A DNA stretch of 64,000 nt from Eledone cirrhosa (GCA_964016885.1 OZ024746.1:47740001-47804000), one strand, 5' to 3'; shown: positions 28,266 to 42,241, numbered from the stretch's first letter. The notes: generated by a model not told the origin, from the sequence alone. Program-made: numbers and translations.

Positions 28266-29865
28266 CCAATATGCCAAAAATATATCCTGTAGAGTGTATA
28301 TATAATACACTCATAGAGACACACATATATCTATATGTACACATAGATAAGTCAAACCATACAGATTCACACAAGCATGTATATATTATGAAAGAACCTT
28401 GTCTTGGGGCTAGATGCCACTTCTTGCAACATTTTTGAGAAATCTATAAATGTAAAGCCAGAACATGTATACACAACTTATGTATCATAACATATTTAAT
28501 AACATATTACACATGTTTCACTATCGATCAGCTCGAGTTCATCTTCGATTCAGTGTGTTCAAATCTTCAGCTATTAGCTATCTACAACACATATTAGCAT
28601 TTTAGGCACACATTAGCATTATTTTAGGCCCGTATGCATATATATATATATAGCCCGACACGTCCAACTTTCTTTCCCCTTTTCCATGTATATATATATA
28701 TATATTTATATATATAATATTCAAAATTTATCCAACATTTTGAAATGTTCGTGTGCCAAATATTTGAATTCTACTGTTCTTGTTATATTCTGCTATTCTT
28801 GTTTCATTATCTGTTGTATGCCCACATGATATTGCTACTGTATTTCTATATGGTTTATTCAAGGGAAATGAAATAAGATAATTGAATAAACACCCATTAA
28901 ATATCTTTTACAAATATTTCTTGTTTGCAAATTATTAGTTTCACACTACAAAAAAAAGTAAACAAAACAACAACAAAAAGATGGATACATTTCGTGTTTT
29001 CTATTCTTTATTTTATTTCAAGACAATCTTTATAAGATATCTGGGTTTATTTTAATGATGATGATGATGACAATGACGATAATAATAACAATAATAATAA
29101 TAATGATAATTATTATTATTATTATTATTAATAATATTTTAAAATGCTTCAAAGGAATCGAGGGATTCGAATACGTGTACAGAATACAAATTTCGTGAGG
29201 AAGTTGCATATCGTCTTGTTCATAAACTAAAAAGAAAATTACGTTTCTTATATAAATACGATACAAATCAACCCCACACCACCACCACACATTAAAAAGT
29301 ATATGAACCGCTGTCTGTCGGTTTTAACAATGAGTCTTCAATTGTTCGAAATATTTGCTTGAGGTATGTGTGTGTAGAAAGTTTTTCTCTGAAGAGCTTC
29401 TGCTGTCCAGCACTCCTGAGAGTTTCTTACCAACACTAGCTCATTAATTTAGCATGATTAACAGTATTGGTAGAGGGTCGGACGTCATGTTTTGACGCAT
29501 AGAGTTACGGCCCTTTCCATTCTGAGTTCAAATCCCGCCGAGGTTAACTTTGCCTAGTTAAACTTTATTTAGTTACCTACCTAGCTATGTGTGCTTACAC
29601 ACTTTTACAAATTATCCCCTGTGATTGTTTCATATGTTTAATTATATGTCAATCAATTTCTAGTTGATATAAAATGCTCGGATCTACTCATTAGAATCTT
29701 GGAGAATATTTTACGGGTGATATGGCGCATGTCTATCTGACATGACACCCTTAATTTAATTTGATTTAATTTAATTTAATTCAATTTATCTTAATTTTGG
29801 ATATATGTGTGTGTGTGTATGTGTGTGTGTGTGTAGCTTAGATGTGTCTTTGCATATATAAGCTC

Positions 29866-29953
29866 GCATATCTGACGAGATTTCGAAAATGAGTCGGGCC
29901 CGTCACCTTGATTGTACCCTGAGATGATTAATATCGAAACAATTGTAATATGC
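29866..29953 (+). ncRNA. Type I hammerhead motif with inserted stem II
   Basis: GCATAT-CTGACGA-GAT[51 nt]ATC-GAAA-CAATTG-TA-ATATGC: palindromic stem III ACAATTGT. Confidence 0.75.
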
Positions 29954-30371
29954 AAAGTGTTTACACATACTGCAACACTGATTTCGATCTTTCAAATTTA
30001 TTTACACTCTGGCCAGTACATTACTGGTACTTTATTTTATCGACCCCGTAAGGATGAATCCTTACGGGGTCGATAAAATAAAGTACCAGTAATGTACTGC
30101 CAAAAGTAGAAACAATTAATTTAGCATGTCATTGGCTAAGTATTCTCTAAATTTTGCGTAATTCTAACATAATTCTAATGTAATTCTCAGGCAGAATCAG
30201 CATGAAACAATGTGTGACAAAACTAGACCTTTGAATTACAAGTTCAATCCAACCAATGGGCTTCCATTCAATTACTGTTTTATAGGTTTGTGTAATAAAT
30301 GCAATAAATGGATTTATGGATTGAATGAAGGACTGATATACTACTTATAGATTCATATAAGTATGTGTTTA

Positions 30372-30444
<73 letters not shown>

Positions 30445-30666
30445 CTCTATCTCTGTGTATCTGCCTGTCTCCCCTCTCCCCCTCTCTCTCTCTATATATA
30501 TGTTAGGTGTGTAACAACAGTTAAAGGCGGCGGGCCATTCGAAGTACTCAGTGCTGTTACGAGGTCCGTTTCGTTCGGGTTGTATTCCAGTGTTATGGCT
30601 GTAGTGTACAGAGTGTAAATAAATTTGAAAGATCGAAATCAGTGTTGCAGTATGTGTAAACACTTT

Positions 30667-30754
30667 GCATATTACAATTGTTTCGATATTAATCATCTCA
30701 GGGTACAATCAAGGTGACGGGCCCGACTCTTTTTCGAAATCTCGTCAGATATGC
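30667..30754 (-). ncRNA. Type I hammerhead motif (mirror of 29866-29953)
   Basis: Lies in the right arm of the 29554-31058 inverted repeat. Confidence 0.75.
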
Positions 30755-31376
30755 GAGCTTATATGTGCAAAGACACATCTAAGCTACACACATACACACA
30801 CACACATATATCCAAAATTAAGATAAATTGAATTAAATTAAATTAAATCAAATTAAATTAAGGGTGTCATGTCAGATAGACATGCGCCATATCACCCGTA
30901 AAATATTCTCCAAGATTCTAATGAGTAGATCCGAGCATTTTATATCAACTAGAAATTGATTGACATATAATTAAACATATGAAACAATCACAGGGGATAA
31001 TTTGTAAAAGTGTGTAAGCACACATAGCTAGGTAGGTAACTAAATAAAGTTTAACTAGAACTTCAAAAATAGATACCTTAATATAAGGTATCTATTTTTG
31101 AAGTTCTAGTTAAACTTTATGTTTAATTATATGTCAATCAATTTCTAGTTGATATATATATATATATATATATATACACCAATATGAACGAATTCAATGC
31201 TATCACCTGAACAGGCTAATTCACAAATAGGTGTGTCCTCGCGGAATCTGTGTTGTATATTTATAAACATTTTGAATCAATAATACTGAATCCAGGACTA
31301 TCATATCGATAAAGACCTGAAGCCGATCATCTGTGAAACATATGTAACTTCGTTATACACACACACACACACACAC

Positions 31377-31417
<41 letters not shown>

Positions 31418-31876
31418 TACACACACGCATATATATATATATATATAGCCGTCGGGACTTGACGCTCTACTGAGTTCTTACTTTTTCGACAACAAATTTC
31501 AGACTCAGTTTGGAATTTGCTGTCAAAATGGCAAGCGCTCAGCCGTATTGCTTCACTAAGAGATTTTTTTCATTGAGATGTTTAAGTATTAGAGACTAAG
31601 TAACCTTTAATTAATATTAACTAATATTAATTAATATATATATATGTACAGAATGTGTGACGAAAGAGCTTTGTCAATATATAAACAACCTTCCGGTAAT
31701 CGAACCAACCAACCAACCAACCAGCCAGCCAACCGGAAACTTATCATAAATTAAAGTGAAAACCAACAAGTGCGTGTGTTTTTATTGGCAGCATAACTCT
31801 CGCAAAGTATAACAATATCTGTCTCAACAGACGTTTTCAGATAAGAAATCTCGCAAAACAAATTAAAAAACGAATG

Positions 31877-31923
<47 letters not shown>

Positions 31924-33039
31924 GTGTGTGTGTGTGTGTCTATGTGTGTTTGTACAATAAGTTATGAATGTAATTATAAAGAAAATCAGAGTGCTCAATA
32001 GATATGTCAATGGTATTTTGGTAAATTGCTGGCCTTGTGTCATTCTTAGAAATAATTATTTATCTGCTACATTTCTCTTTCTCCTCCCCTCTCTCTCAAT
32101 CTCTCTCTTTCTCTCTCCCCCTCTCACTTTCCCTCCCTCTCTCTCTCTCGGTTTCTCCCTTTTTGTATACACACACACCAACACACATATATACAACCCT
32201 ACATCCCCACACCTCCATGTAAACACACACTCACACATACACACACGTACATATAAATAGCTTGTGTCCTATAATATATAAACATGTATATTAAATGCAC
32301 GTATTTATAGAAGAAAGCCTTAAAACCGGTCTATACATATTTGTGTGTAAAATATGTTTATTCCGATATTTAAGTCAATATTTTTAGAGCAATTAATTAG
32401 CCATTCAATCCCTTATGTGTAGATATGTGTCTGTTTGTGAATACCCAAAGCAGAGTATTCATATATGATTCTGTGTGATTGTGTGGGATTGTATATGTTT
32501 ACGTTTGTGAGTTGTATCAAAATTTCCCTTGAAAGAGATTCTGTGATTCCTCTGTTTTATGTTTTCTTTCCTTTACACGCACACGCACACACACATAAAC
32601 ACACACACATACACACACAATACACGCACACTCACACACAAACAGACACACACACGCGCACACATACATACACAACACACGCACACACACACGCACACAC
32701 ACGCACACACACACGCACACACGCACACACAAAAACTCACATACACACACAAACACACACACACTCACAGACACACACAGACACACACGAACACACCACA
32801 CACACTCTCTCTCTCACACACACACATATATGAATGCAAGTATTCGTGAATATCCGTCTATTTATATTACTCTGATTTAGTATATTTGCATTTTGTTGAA
32901 AGTGCAAATACACATGCGCACATTATATATGCATCAAATAGTAATATAAATCTGGAAACTTTAGCACCTCCTTTAGTTAATTCCACCACTCCAGTTCCTA
33001 ATATAATTAATCCTGGGCCATTTGCAAATAACTCTGTAA

Positions 33040-33485
33040 ATAATCTTAATCGTAAATGCAACTGCCCTATTAGAATTAATTGTCCTCTTAGTAATTTCTG
33101 TCTCGATAAAAGCCTAGTATACGAATGTAAAGTGGTAACTAGTACCAATACCTATACCTACATTGGCTCTACTTCTACCTCCTTTAAAGCAAGATTCTAT
33201 AATCATTCTTCTACATTCAAATCTCCACTTAAAAGGACCAACACCGCATTCTCAGAACTTATTTAGTCCTTAAAAGACAAAAACATAAATTTCGAAATTT
33301 CTTGGCGTAAAATCTACAACGCATCTCCATACTCCAATGCTTCCATATCTAGTGTTTGTAATTTATGTCTAGTTGAAAAATTTACCATTATCTCGAATTT
33401 CAACACAATAATAAATCGAAGAACCGATTTATTTGAACTTTGTAATCATAAATCCTACAAGGTCTTTAACAAAGTATATAGCTGA
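33040..33485 (+). mobile_element. Penelope-like element (Neptune-type) GIY-YIG endonuclease fragment, inactive
   Basis: CNC..NCPL..CL..SLVYECKV..YIGST.TSFKARFYNH..(stop)..ISWRKI..ASPY..VCNLCLVEK..INRRTDL..CNH; in-frame TAG at 33264-33266. Confidence 0.85.
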
Positions 33486-34042
33486 TGTCCTATAACATAT
33501 TCCACGAGTCACGGTTATCTTTACACATCTTTCATTATATTCTACAATGTATTAATTTGGTTTTCTCATCATATATTAAGCCTTTGACCTTTTTTCTATA
33601 GCCTTAGATTTTTGCTCAAACCGTCGTAGATTATGTAAACAATTTATGACGTCATATGTTTTTATACGTTTATAAATCTTTCTAGCAATTTCCTTTATTT
33701 ACTTGTTGATATAAAATAAAAATTAAATAGTATACCCCACATATATAGATTTTTACTAGAAATTATTAATTTTGACATAGATAAACTATTTTTATTTTTA
33801 TTTTATTTTATAAAAATCTTTTTATTATATTTATTTTATTTTATTTTATTTTATTAATACATTTTTACACTTCTTAATCCAATTTTCAGTATTTAAACCC
33901 AATATAAAATAATATACCCAGTTTTCTATATTTAGACCTCTAATATTTGAATACCATCTATAATATTCGCACATACAACTCATCAATTTACTTTTTAACC
34001 GTTATTTGCAGCTGTTTTCATTTTGACAGTGTTCCTGATCAA

Positions 34043-34126
<84 letters not shown>

Positions 34127-34287
34127 TCCTTTGTTTCTTTTTTTTCCTTTCTTCTCTTTCTTTTTCCTTTTTCTCCTCTTCTTTCCTTTTCTTCTATTTT
34201 CCTATCTATTTTTTACTATAGCATCATATGTAGACTTAGCACTTTCCTCTAAACAAGTGCTATTATGCCACATATCATGTTACCTTA

Positions 34288-34353
34288 TTTTATCTGATGA
34301 GAACACCATTTTTGTCCCAGGATGATTTTGTATTCGAAATGCGCATAATAAAA
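34288..34353 (+). ncRNA. Type I hammerhead ribozyme
   Basis: TTTTAT-CTGATGA-GAACAC...GTATTC-GAAA-TGCGCA-TA-ATAAAA: palindromic stem III ATGCGCAT. Same family as 52587-52653. Confidence 0.8.
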
Positions 34354-34391
34354 TATATGGAACTTTTTTAACCATCTTTTAATTTCTTCTT

Positions 34392-34431
<40 letters not shown>

Positions 34432-34467
34432 CATATATATGTGTGTGTTTATATATAGATATGTGTG

Positions 34468-34527
<60 letters not shown>

Positions 34528-34528
34528 C

Positions 34529-34579
<51 letters not shown>

Positions 34580-34835
34580 TGTGTGTGTATTTATAGATTC
34601 ATTTCTTTAATGCATCACTGATAGAACCGGACACACTGCAACCATTACTGCATATAACCCCCTCTTGTAGGAATATATACACCACTACACCCCTGTTCAT
34701 TCCATTCCGCTTTTTTTATTGTCTTTCAACCTCTTCTCTTTCCTCATTTCAGTCGCTTTTCTCTCCCGAGGAAGGATTAACCTCTAATACGTTGGAAACA
34801 CATACACACACACACAGACACGGTCACGCACACAA

Positions 34836-34870
<35 letters not shown>

Positions 34871-35633
34871 CTCGATAATAGTGTAGGATAGAGGAAACTA
34901 ATTTGATTCTTATCGTATGCAATTGGACATAGTCAACAGACGAAGGTGTAGTGAGATATGACTCTGCGTTAAGAATACCCGTTTGTAATCGAAATAAACG
35001 AATTCAGCACATTGGCTTTCATAGTTCCTTTTGCGTAATGCTAGACGCCAAGAGAATCTAAGGACACATTTTAATGATATTTCTAAGTATAAAAACCCTT
35101 CAGAGAATGATGGAGAGAGGGAAGAAGATATAGACATATTCATGTGCAGTTAAAACATTCACTTTGTATTCATATGCTTCCAATATCTATCTCAGTGCAC
35201 GGCACCTTCGGAAGCCTATTTTACCATTGCACCCCACACCGGCTCACACAACCCCTAAGAACTAAAAAAAACAAACTCGACAGACAGAGAGTTTTGGTAA
35301 ACTTGATTGGATTGTAGCTGTTCTTGAGTTGTAGGTGTAAATCATCACCAGATTTGGCCTTTTGCTGCTTTTAAATGAATCTATTACGTTTAGTATAGGG
35401 CATTCGATTTAGATAGGGCACCCGATCTGATGATAACTTGATATCTTTATACGCTCGTTCCTACTGAAGAAACACACCAGTCGAGGCTGCTTCTTCTTTC
35501 CATACTCAGTACCAGTCTCAGAAGATATGCAAAGGTCATCTGAACTGTATTTCGAAATGAATTCATTGTTTCAGGTTTCAGGGTGGCAAAGCATTAAATA
35601 TTCAATTTTGAAAGGGCTGTGAATAAACAGCAA

Positions 35634-35689
<56 letters not shown>

Positions 35690-35932
35690 GGCATTCCGTG
35701 ATTACGACGACGAGTAATCCAGTACGTAGTTCTCAGAGATATTCAGCCTGACACAGAATGAGACAAGACTGGCCCATCAAATTATACCTATAATTTGATG
35801 GGCCAGTCACATTTGCCAGTTGAGTGGACTGTAACAACGTGAAATAAAATGTCTTACCCAAGGACAGAACACGCCACCGGAAATATGTCTCACAATCTTG
35901 AGCCGAATTCCTTAACCACAAAGCCACACGCC

Positions 35933-35995
<63 letters not shown>

Positions 35996-36381
35996 ACACA
36001 CATGTATATATACACTTAATCAGGCACACATTCACATACACAAGCACACATATATTTCATTCAAACTGGTTCCAGCTTGTTTCTGTTAGAAAATCTTGAG
36101 ACAATATGAGGTAAATTATAGCCGTCAAATGTGACGACAAGAAAAGTAAGGAAAGATAAATGGAGATGAAAGCATGAACAGCGATGTTGACTATGAGTGT
36201 TGTTACAATATATATGGGGGTGGGGGACAGTCATACATATTAGAAAGCCCACATTTCATTTAACTACACCCAATTATTTTTATAACCTTTTCTTTAACAC
36301 TTTCTTTGTTACATCCATTAGTTTTTGTTTTTGTTAATGTCGCAAATTATTTATTAATTAATTTTCGTTTTAAAATTTTCT

Positions 36382-36424
36382 CATATTGTCTGATGAAGCG
36401 GTAGCCGAAACAATCTGCAATATG
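36382..36424 (+). ncRNA. Degenerate hammerhead motif
   Basis: CATATTGT-CTGATGA-AGCGGTAGCC-GAAA-CAATCT-GCAATATG: good stem I and core, broken stem III. Confidence 0.4.
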
Positions 36425-36502
36425 GCATAATAGAATAAATAAGTACCTCATAATCTGCATGCTATATGCATTGAGATGTTTATTTGAATTAAGGATTAGG
36501 TA

Positions 36503-36678
36503 CCGTATTTCCCGGCGCAGAAGAAGCTTCGTCCTTGAGGACGCACCCTAATTTTGACAAACAAAAATTTGAAAAAAATAAAAAAATAAATAAACAACCT
36601 TCGGCCTCCAGGATGCATGGTAGATTTTTTAGACTTATTTTAGGAAAAAAATAGCCTCTTCGACGCCGGGAAATACGG
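36503..36678. mobile_element. Tc1/mariner-pogo MITE, 176 bp
   Basis: TIRs CCGTATTTCCCGGCG / CGCCGGGAAATACGG flanked by TA. Confidence 0.85.
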
Positions 36679-37849
36679 TATATCTTATTGTCACTTTCAT
36701 TGGAATGTGTACCCAACAAACCTCCGCACCTTTAGTTAATCCATTTAATCAATTAGGGCTGTCCTTCCCAGCTCTCGAGCCCCAACCTTATTTCCAGAGA
36801 GACCTACCTACGCGCAAATTGTAAATAATATATAACAAATAACATAATATATATACTATGTATAAATAAATATTATATATTTTTTATTTTACTATATTTA
36901 TATATAATATATATCATTTGATATTTAATATACTATTATATCATCTCTACCGCCTCCTTAGGCTGCAGCCCTCCCCCTGGACTGTCTCAATGCCCTCCAG
37001 GGTGGATGGCGGTAGCGCCCACTTTGAGAACTTTTGGTTTAGATAGAGGAGAAATGATTATGCTTGTGATCATTTACAGTACATCCGAGACTAGTAAGGA
37101 AAAGTAAGGAAAAGTAAGGAAGAATCTATGACTTACTATACTAGAAAACAGCACCTCAATCTATCAAGTTATCTTCTGAGAGGATATTTGATGCGAATGC
37201 TTTTAACAGTATTGACACCGCTAAAGCAGCTAAAGAGCCGGGAGGTTGGAGTTAAACCGAGCTATATATTTAGCATACTACTATATATATATATATATAT
37301 ATATATTTATTAAAATAACAGATTAAAGTTTAAGCAAAGAATCGCTGCTTTCACCCTTAATGGGATCGTCTGAAACTAACCAATATATATATATATTCTT
37401 TTATGTATATAGAGAGGGCGCTTATGTGTGTGTGTAGGGATAAGGCTACAATTTCACTTCTTTAAAAAACTTTAGCTGCTAAATATCTAACTTCATTTTT
37501 TTTTTTATTAAGGATTACAATTTGAATGTTACTCGAGAATTGTTCATTATATGAGCAAATACCAGTGGAAAGTTTGTAACAAACAACATCATTATATTAA
37601 CACGGTGTTTGTAATGTTTAACAACTTCAGCTGCAATGGTAAAAAAAGGAACATATTTTTAGCACAATGTCTGAATAGAAGTGTCAAATACTCACCAATA
37701 CTTGACAAATGTATATATGCAAGAAACACGGGCAAGTAAGAGCCATTCAATTAAAACTTCAGTCATACTGAAAATGGGGAAAAAAAATTGATAGAAATAG
37801 TATTGTATTAGCAGCGAAATGAATAGCGATATGTATGTATGTATGTATG

Positions 37850-39836
37850 TTATATCTCTTTCTCTTAATTTCGAGTATATTTTTTTGACCGGCCACCTTC
37901 CTGGTGGCAAGGTTGTAAAAGAAAAGAAATTGTCATCCCTTGAATCGCAAGAATGTTTTGCAAATTTTGAAGGTGCCAGCTATCGCAGCCATTTGTAGAC
38001 TATGAATTAGGGAGCTGCGCTTTTTGTCCGCAAATCCAAGTTCAGTCATACTTTGGTCCAAGCGGGTTGGTATATAACCCGTAGCTCCAATAATGATGGG
38101 TATGAAGCTAAAGGTGTATCTTGGATACTGGATTTGTAAACTCCTCATCAATGGTCCGTAGATGTCCTCCTTCTCCTGTATTTTACATCAAGTGGGCAGC
38201 TGATCTCCACAACGTTTACATCAAGTGGGCAGCTGATCTCCACAACAGAACACGTTTTCAATGTGTTGTCCCAAACAACAATATCAGGCCGGTTGTGCTT
38301 TAATTTGGTGGCAGTTTTTATTTTCAGGTTCCACCAGTATTCCTTAGTGGCATCTGTCTCAATATATTCTTCCTCGTTTGTTGTTGATTTTGTTTTCCGA
38401 AGTGCGTTCCAGATGGTTCTAGCTATCCCATCGTGTCTCATGGGGAGGTAGTAGCGAGATGACATTCTTTCGCAGCTGGCAACAATGTGGCTTACATCCT
38501 CGATCTTTGTTTTACATAGCCTACATTTATTGTCAGCTGCTGGCCCTCCTCTTTTGTGCAGCAGATATTTGGTAGGGAGTTCTTGTTCCTGTATTGCATA
38601 GAGATATCCCTCAAGGTGTGATGTCATAAACTTGTCGGAACTCCATGCCAGGCTTTTTGAGTGGTTTATCCCCTCTATGGTCTGTGTTTTACGCCTCAAG
38701 TATCCATGCACAACTTTTTCTGTAAATTGGTCAATTTTTTTATCTTGTTTGAACATTGAATAGGATCTTCCGATTTCTCTGGATGAGTGTTTTATATCAG
38801 GCTTTATTCCATATCTCTCCTCCAGATCAGTCGCTATTCTAATGATATATTTTTTTTCATGTTCATAAACCTGGGAAAGATGGTTGCCAACCTTTTTCCT
38901 CTGTTGAAGGTGTTGCTTCAGTGTTACCATCCGGGTCTCATATGTTATTAATATTGATTTTAGACCCCGGCCACCTTCCTTGCGTGAGAAGTATAGCCTA
39001 TCCACATCACCATTGATGTTAAAGTTCCCAGTAACACTGAGAAGTTTTCGAGTTCTAACATCCATCTCACTTAGTTCTTGCAATGACCAGTTCAGCAGGC
39101 CAAATGTTGGCGTTAGAATTGGCATAGCATAAGTATTGTGGGCAATGTATTTGTTGTATGCTGACAGTTCTGATGACCATATTTTCTTTACTCTTCTGAG
39201 GTATTCAGTTCTGGTTCTCTCCTTATTTATGGGTCCATCATATATGACATTCTCATCCTGTCCAAGATATCTGTAGTTGTCACCTGACTGCAGAGGTTGT
39301 ATTGTCAGGCCGTTCATCTCTAGATTTCTAGAGGAGGGCACAGCTCTTCCACGTTTTATTGCCAAATATGCACACTTGGACTCACCAAATTTCATTTTGA
39401 TGTCGGTTGAAAATTGTGTAATGAGGTCCAATTGTTTCTTGATGTCATTGATATTTGGCCCATACAACTTCAGGTCATCAACAAAGAAAAGATGGGAGAT
39501 ACTTCTGAGCCCACTTCTTTGTCCACCTTGTTTCCTGAGTAGGTAAGATAGTGGATTCAGTGAGAGAACGAAGAGTAGCACTGACAAGCTATCACCCTGA
39601 AAGATGCCCTTCTGGTAATGTATCTTATCAGTCTTAACTTGCTCCTTCTCACTTCTAAGGATCAAATTGGTGTACCAGTTCTTGGTCAGGCGTTCAACAG
39701 CAGCTACCAATGGTTGTGGGACTTTAGCTAACTGTAAAGCCTTAATAATCCACCCATGAGGTACACTATCAAATGCTTTTTGATAGTCCAGCCACACCAC
39801 AGTCATGTTTCTGCGATTCTTTGTTGTTTTTTCCTG
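37850..39836 (-). mobile_element. 5'-truncated R4/Dong-type RLE non-LTR retrotransposon in a (CATA)n context
   Basis: RT motifs [38 protein letters not shown]; CCHC finger, RHD, RPDIV..VEISCP. A 33-nt tandem duplication and frameshift occur near 38150-38245. (CATA)n lies at both ends. Confidence 0.95.
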
Positions 39837-39956
39837 AATGTATGTATGTATGTATGTATGTATGTATGTATGTATGTATGTATGTATGTATGTATGTATG
39901 TATGTATGTATGTGTGTGTGTGTGTGTGTGTCTGTCTGTCTGTATGTATGTATGTA

Positions 39957-40145
39957 TTGTCTCTTTTTCTTCATTTTGAGGTTGGTTTTGAACGGCTACC
40001 TTCCCGGCGGCAAAGCTTTAAAGTAAAGGAAATTTCCGTCGTCCTTTGTGCAATCATTTATTCTTAAAATCATAAGACTATTTTACACATCCTGAAGGTT
40101 CCCAATATCGTAGCCACTTGTAGCTTATGAATTAAAAAGCTGCAA
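39957..40145 (-). mobile_element. 3' end fragment of the same R4/Dong family
   Basis: CSFLIHKLQVATILGTFRMCKIVL aligns with RSSLIHSLQMAAIAGTFKICKTFL; homologous 3' UTR followed by (CATA)n. Confidence 0.8.
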
Positions 40146-40239
40146 TCTCTCTCTCTCTCGCTCTCTCTCTCTCTCTATTTATATATGTTTTTATTTATCC
40201 TTATCGAGTCCTCTCTTTGGATTTTAGTCTTATTATTAT

Positions 40240-40352
<113 letters not shown>

Positions 40353-41204
40353 AGAAATAAGAACAAAAGGGAAGTTTCAAAAATCTTCTCACCTTTCACT
40401 TGAAATAAATAGCAGAATAAATGAAGACGATATTTCACGGAGGATCGTTTAAAGTAGGGAGATAACTCAACCATCTTATTCTCCTTACATACGAGAGAAA
40501 ATTGTACATATCCCAAACAAGAGATAGATTTCATTCGAAGCATGTCGATAAAGTGGTTACAATAAACCACAGCAGGTATCGAGATTGTGAAGGCGCGTGG
40601 CTGAGGGATTAGAGAATTCGATTCGCAATCGTGAAGTTGTGAGTTCGATTCTCAGACCGGGTGATGTGTTATGTCCTTAAGCAAGACACTTTATTTCACG
40701 TTGCACCTTCTACCTGGAGTTGCGACCGATATATAGTATTAGCAATTGGAAAGACCAATGGAAACATTGTCGATCGAATTCTATATAGAGGTCTAGATTA
40801 TTATATCAGTTATTATGTCAGTAAGATGTGTAGATGACAGAGGAGGAAGGACAATGAGTGAGTCTTTTGCAGGAGAATTGTAGGGACAAAGAGAGAATGA
40901 AATCACGACTCCTTGAATGTTGCCGTCGGAAGAAGTGCACCTAGATATAAAGTTACCTAACCTTAGACGGGAGACTTGGTTTGAATGTTTGCAACAGAAA
41001 CAACTTGAAGCAAAGTTAAAACCATTAAGATTTGAATAAATGTTCTGTTATTCTTAACTTTCTACACGTGGGGAGAACATCTTTTCGAATGTAGTTTTCT
41101 ATGAACAGTGTTGGCAGAATGTATGAACCAAAAAGAAAACATTTTGAATTCCCGAAAACCTGCCACCGCTTATTATTCCACAATAATTAATTCTTGTATA
41201 ATAA

Positions 41205-42241
41205 TAAGGGGTTTTAATTTAGACATAAGACTAGTAGGAATTTGGTAGGAGGGGTAAGTCGATAAAATCGACACCAGTATTTGATTGGTATTATATTTTA
41301 CTGACCCTAGAATGATAGGTGATTAATTTGATCGGCAGGATTTGCACACAATGAAAAGAGCTAGAACAAATACTGCAAATTATTTTGATTGATGCTCTAA
41401 CGATTCTGTTAATCCACCACCCTGAATCCATGTTTAAATAATTGTTTCTACTTTTGCACAAGGCCAGCAATTATCCCAGTGCATTACTGGTACTTTATTT
41501 TATTGACCCCGTAAGGATGAAAGGCAAAGTTAACCTCAGCGGGATTTGAACTCAGACCGTAAAGGGACGTAACTATGCTGGAAAGCATGGCGTCCAACCC
41601 TCTACCGATACTGCCAATCCTTAAATAATTGTTTCTACTTTTGGCACAAGGCCAGCAATTATCCCAGTGCATTACTAGTACTTTATTTTATCGATCCCGT
41701 AAGGATGAAAGGCAAAGTTAACCTCGGCGGGATTTGAACTCAGAATGGCAAGGGTCGTAACTCTCTGCGTCAAAGCATGGTGTCTGACCCTCTACCAATA
41801 CTAATAATAAAGATACATTGTGCTTGTTAATATTTTTTAGTTTTAAGCGTAATGCAGGCAACAAACATATTTCTTCTCGTTATATTATTGTTCTCTTAGA
41901 TGAAGCTTCCCTACAGAAGAAACTGCACTCAACACAAAGCTTCTATTGCTCAGTGATACTGCTGCATACACCAGTTAACTATATTACCCCGAGGTACTTA
42001 ATTACGGCTAGGTAGACCAACCGCTGAAATTCATGTGATTTGGGTACATATTTAATTGTTTCGATATCGGGCACAAAGCCAGTAATTACGCCACTGCATT
42101 ACTGGTACTTTATTTTATCGACCCCGTATGGATGAAAGGCAAAGTTAACATTGGCGGGATTTGAACTCAGACCGTAAATGGCTGTAACTCTATGCTGCAA
42201 AGCATGGCACCCGATCCTCTACCGATACTGCCAATCCACCA
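41205..42241 (-). mobile_element. Four SINE copies (41205-41802 tandem; 42055-42241)
   Basis: Reverse-complement consensus. Confidence 0.85.

Larger units (their letters stand above)
29554..31120. repeat. Long inverted repeat (29554-30010 / 30610-31058) plus terminal hairpin 31044-31120; Penelope-like, interrupts a SINE
   Basis: ~455-nt arms with few mismatches and a 600-nt spacer. The SINE at 29461-29553 stops at the left arm and resumes near 30058. Confidence 0.9.

Noticed and set aside
28495-28575. - strand CTGAAGA...GAAACATGT motif
   Set aside because: Stems I and II do not close next to the core.
31310-31352. CTGAAGC...GAAACATATGTA motif
   Set aside because: Palindromic stem III is present but the core is mutated and stem I absent; a similar relic lies at 32303-32340.
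39837-39974. N-terminal HTYI repeat of the 608-aa RT ORF
   Set aside because: Read-through into the (CATA)n flank; the element is 5'-truncated.
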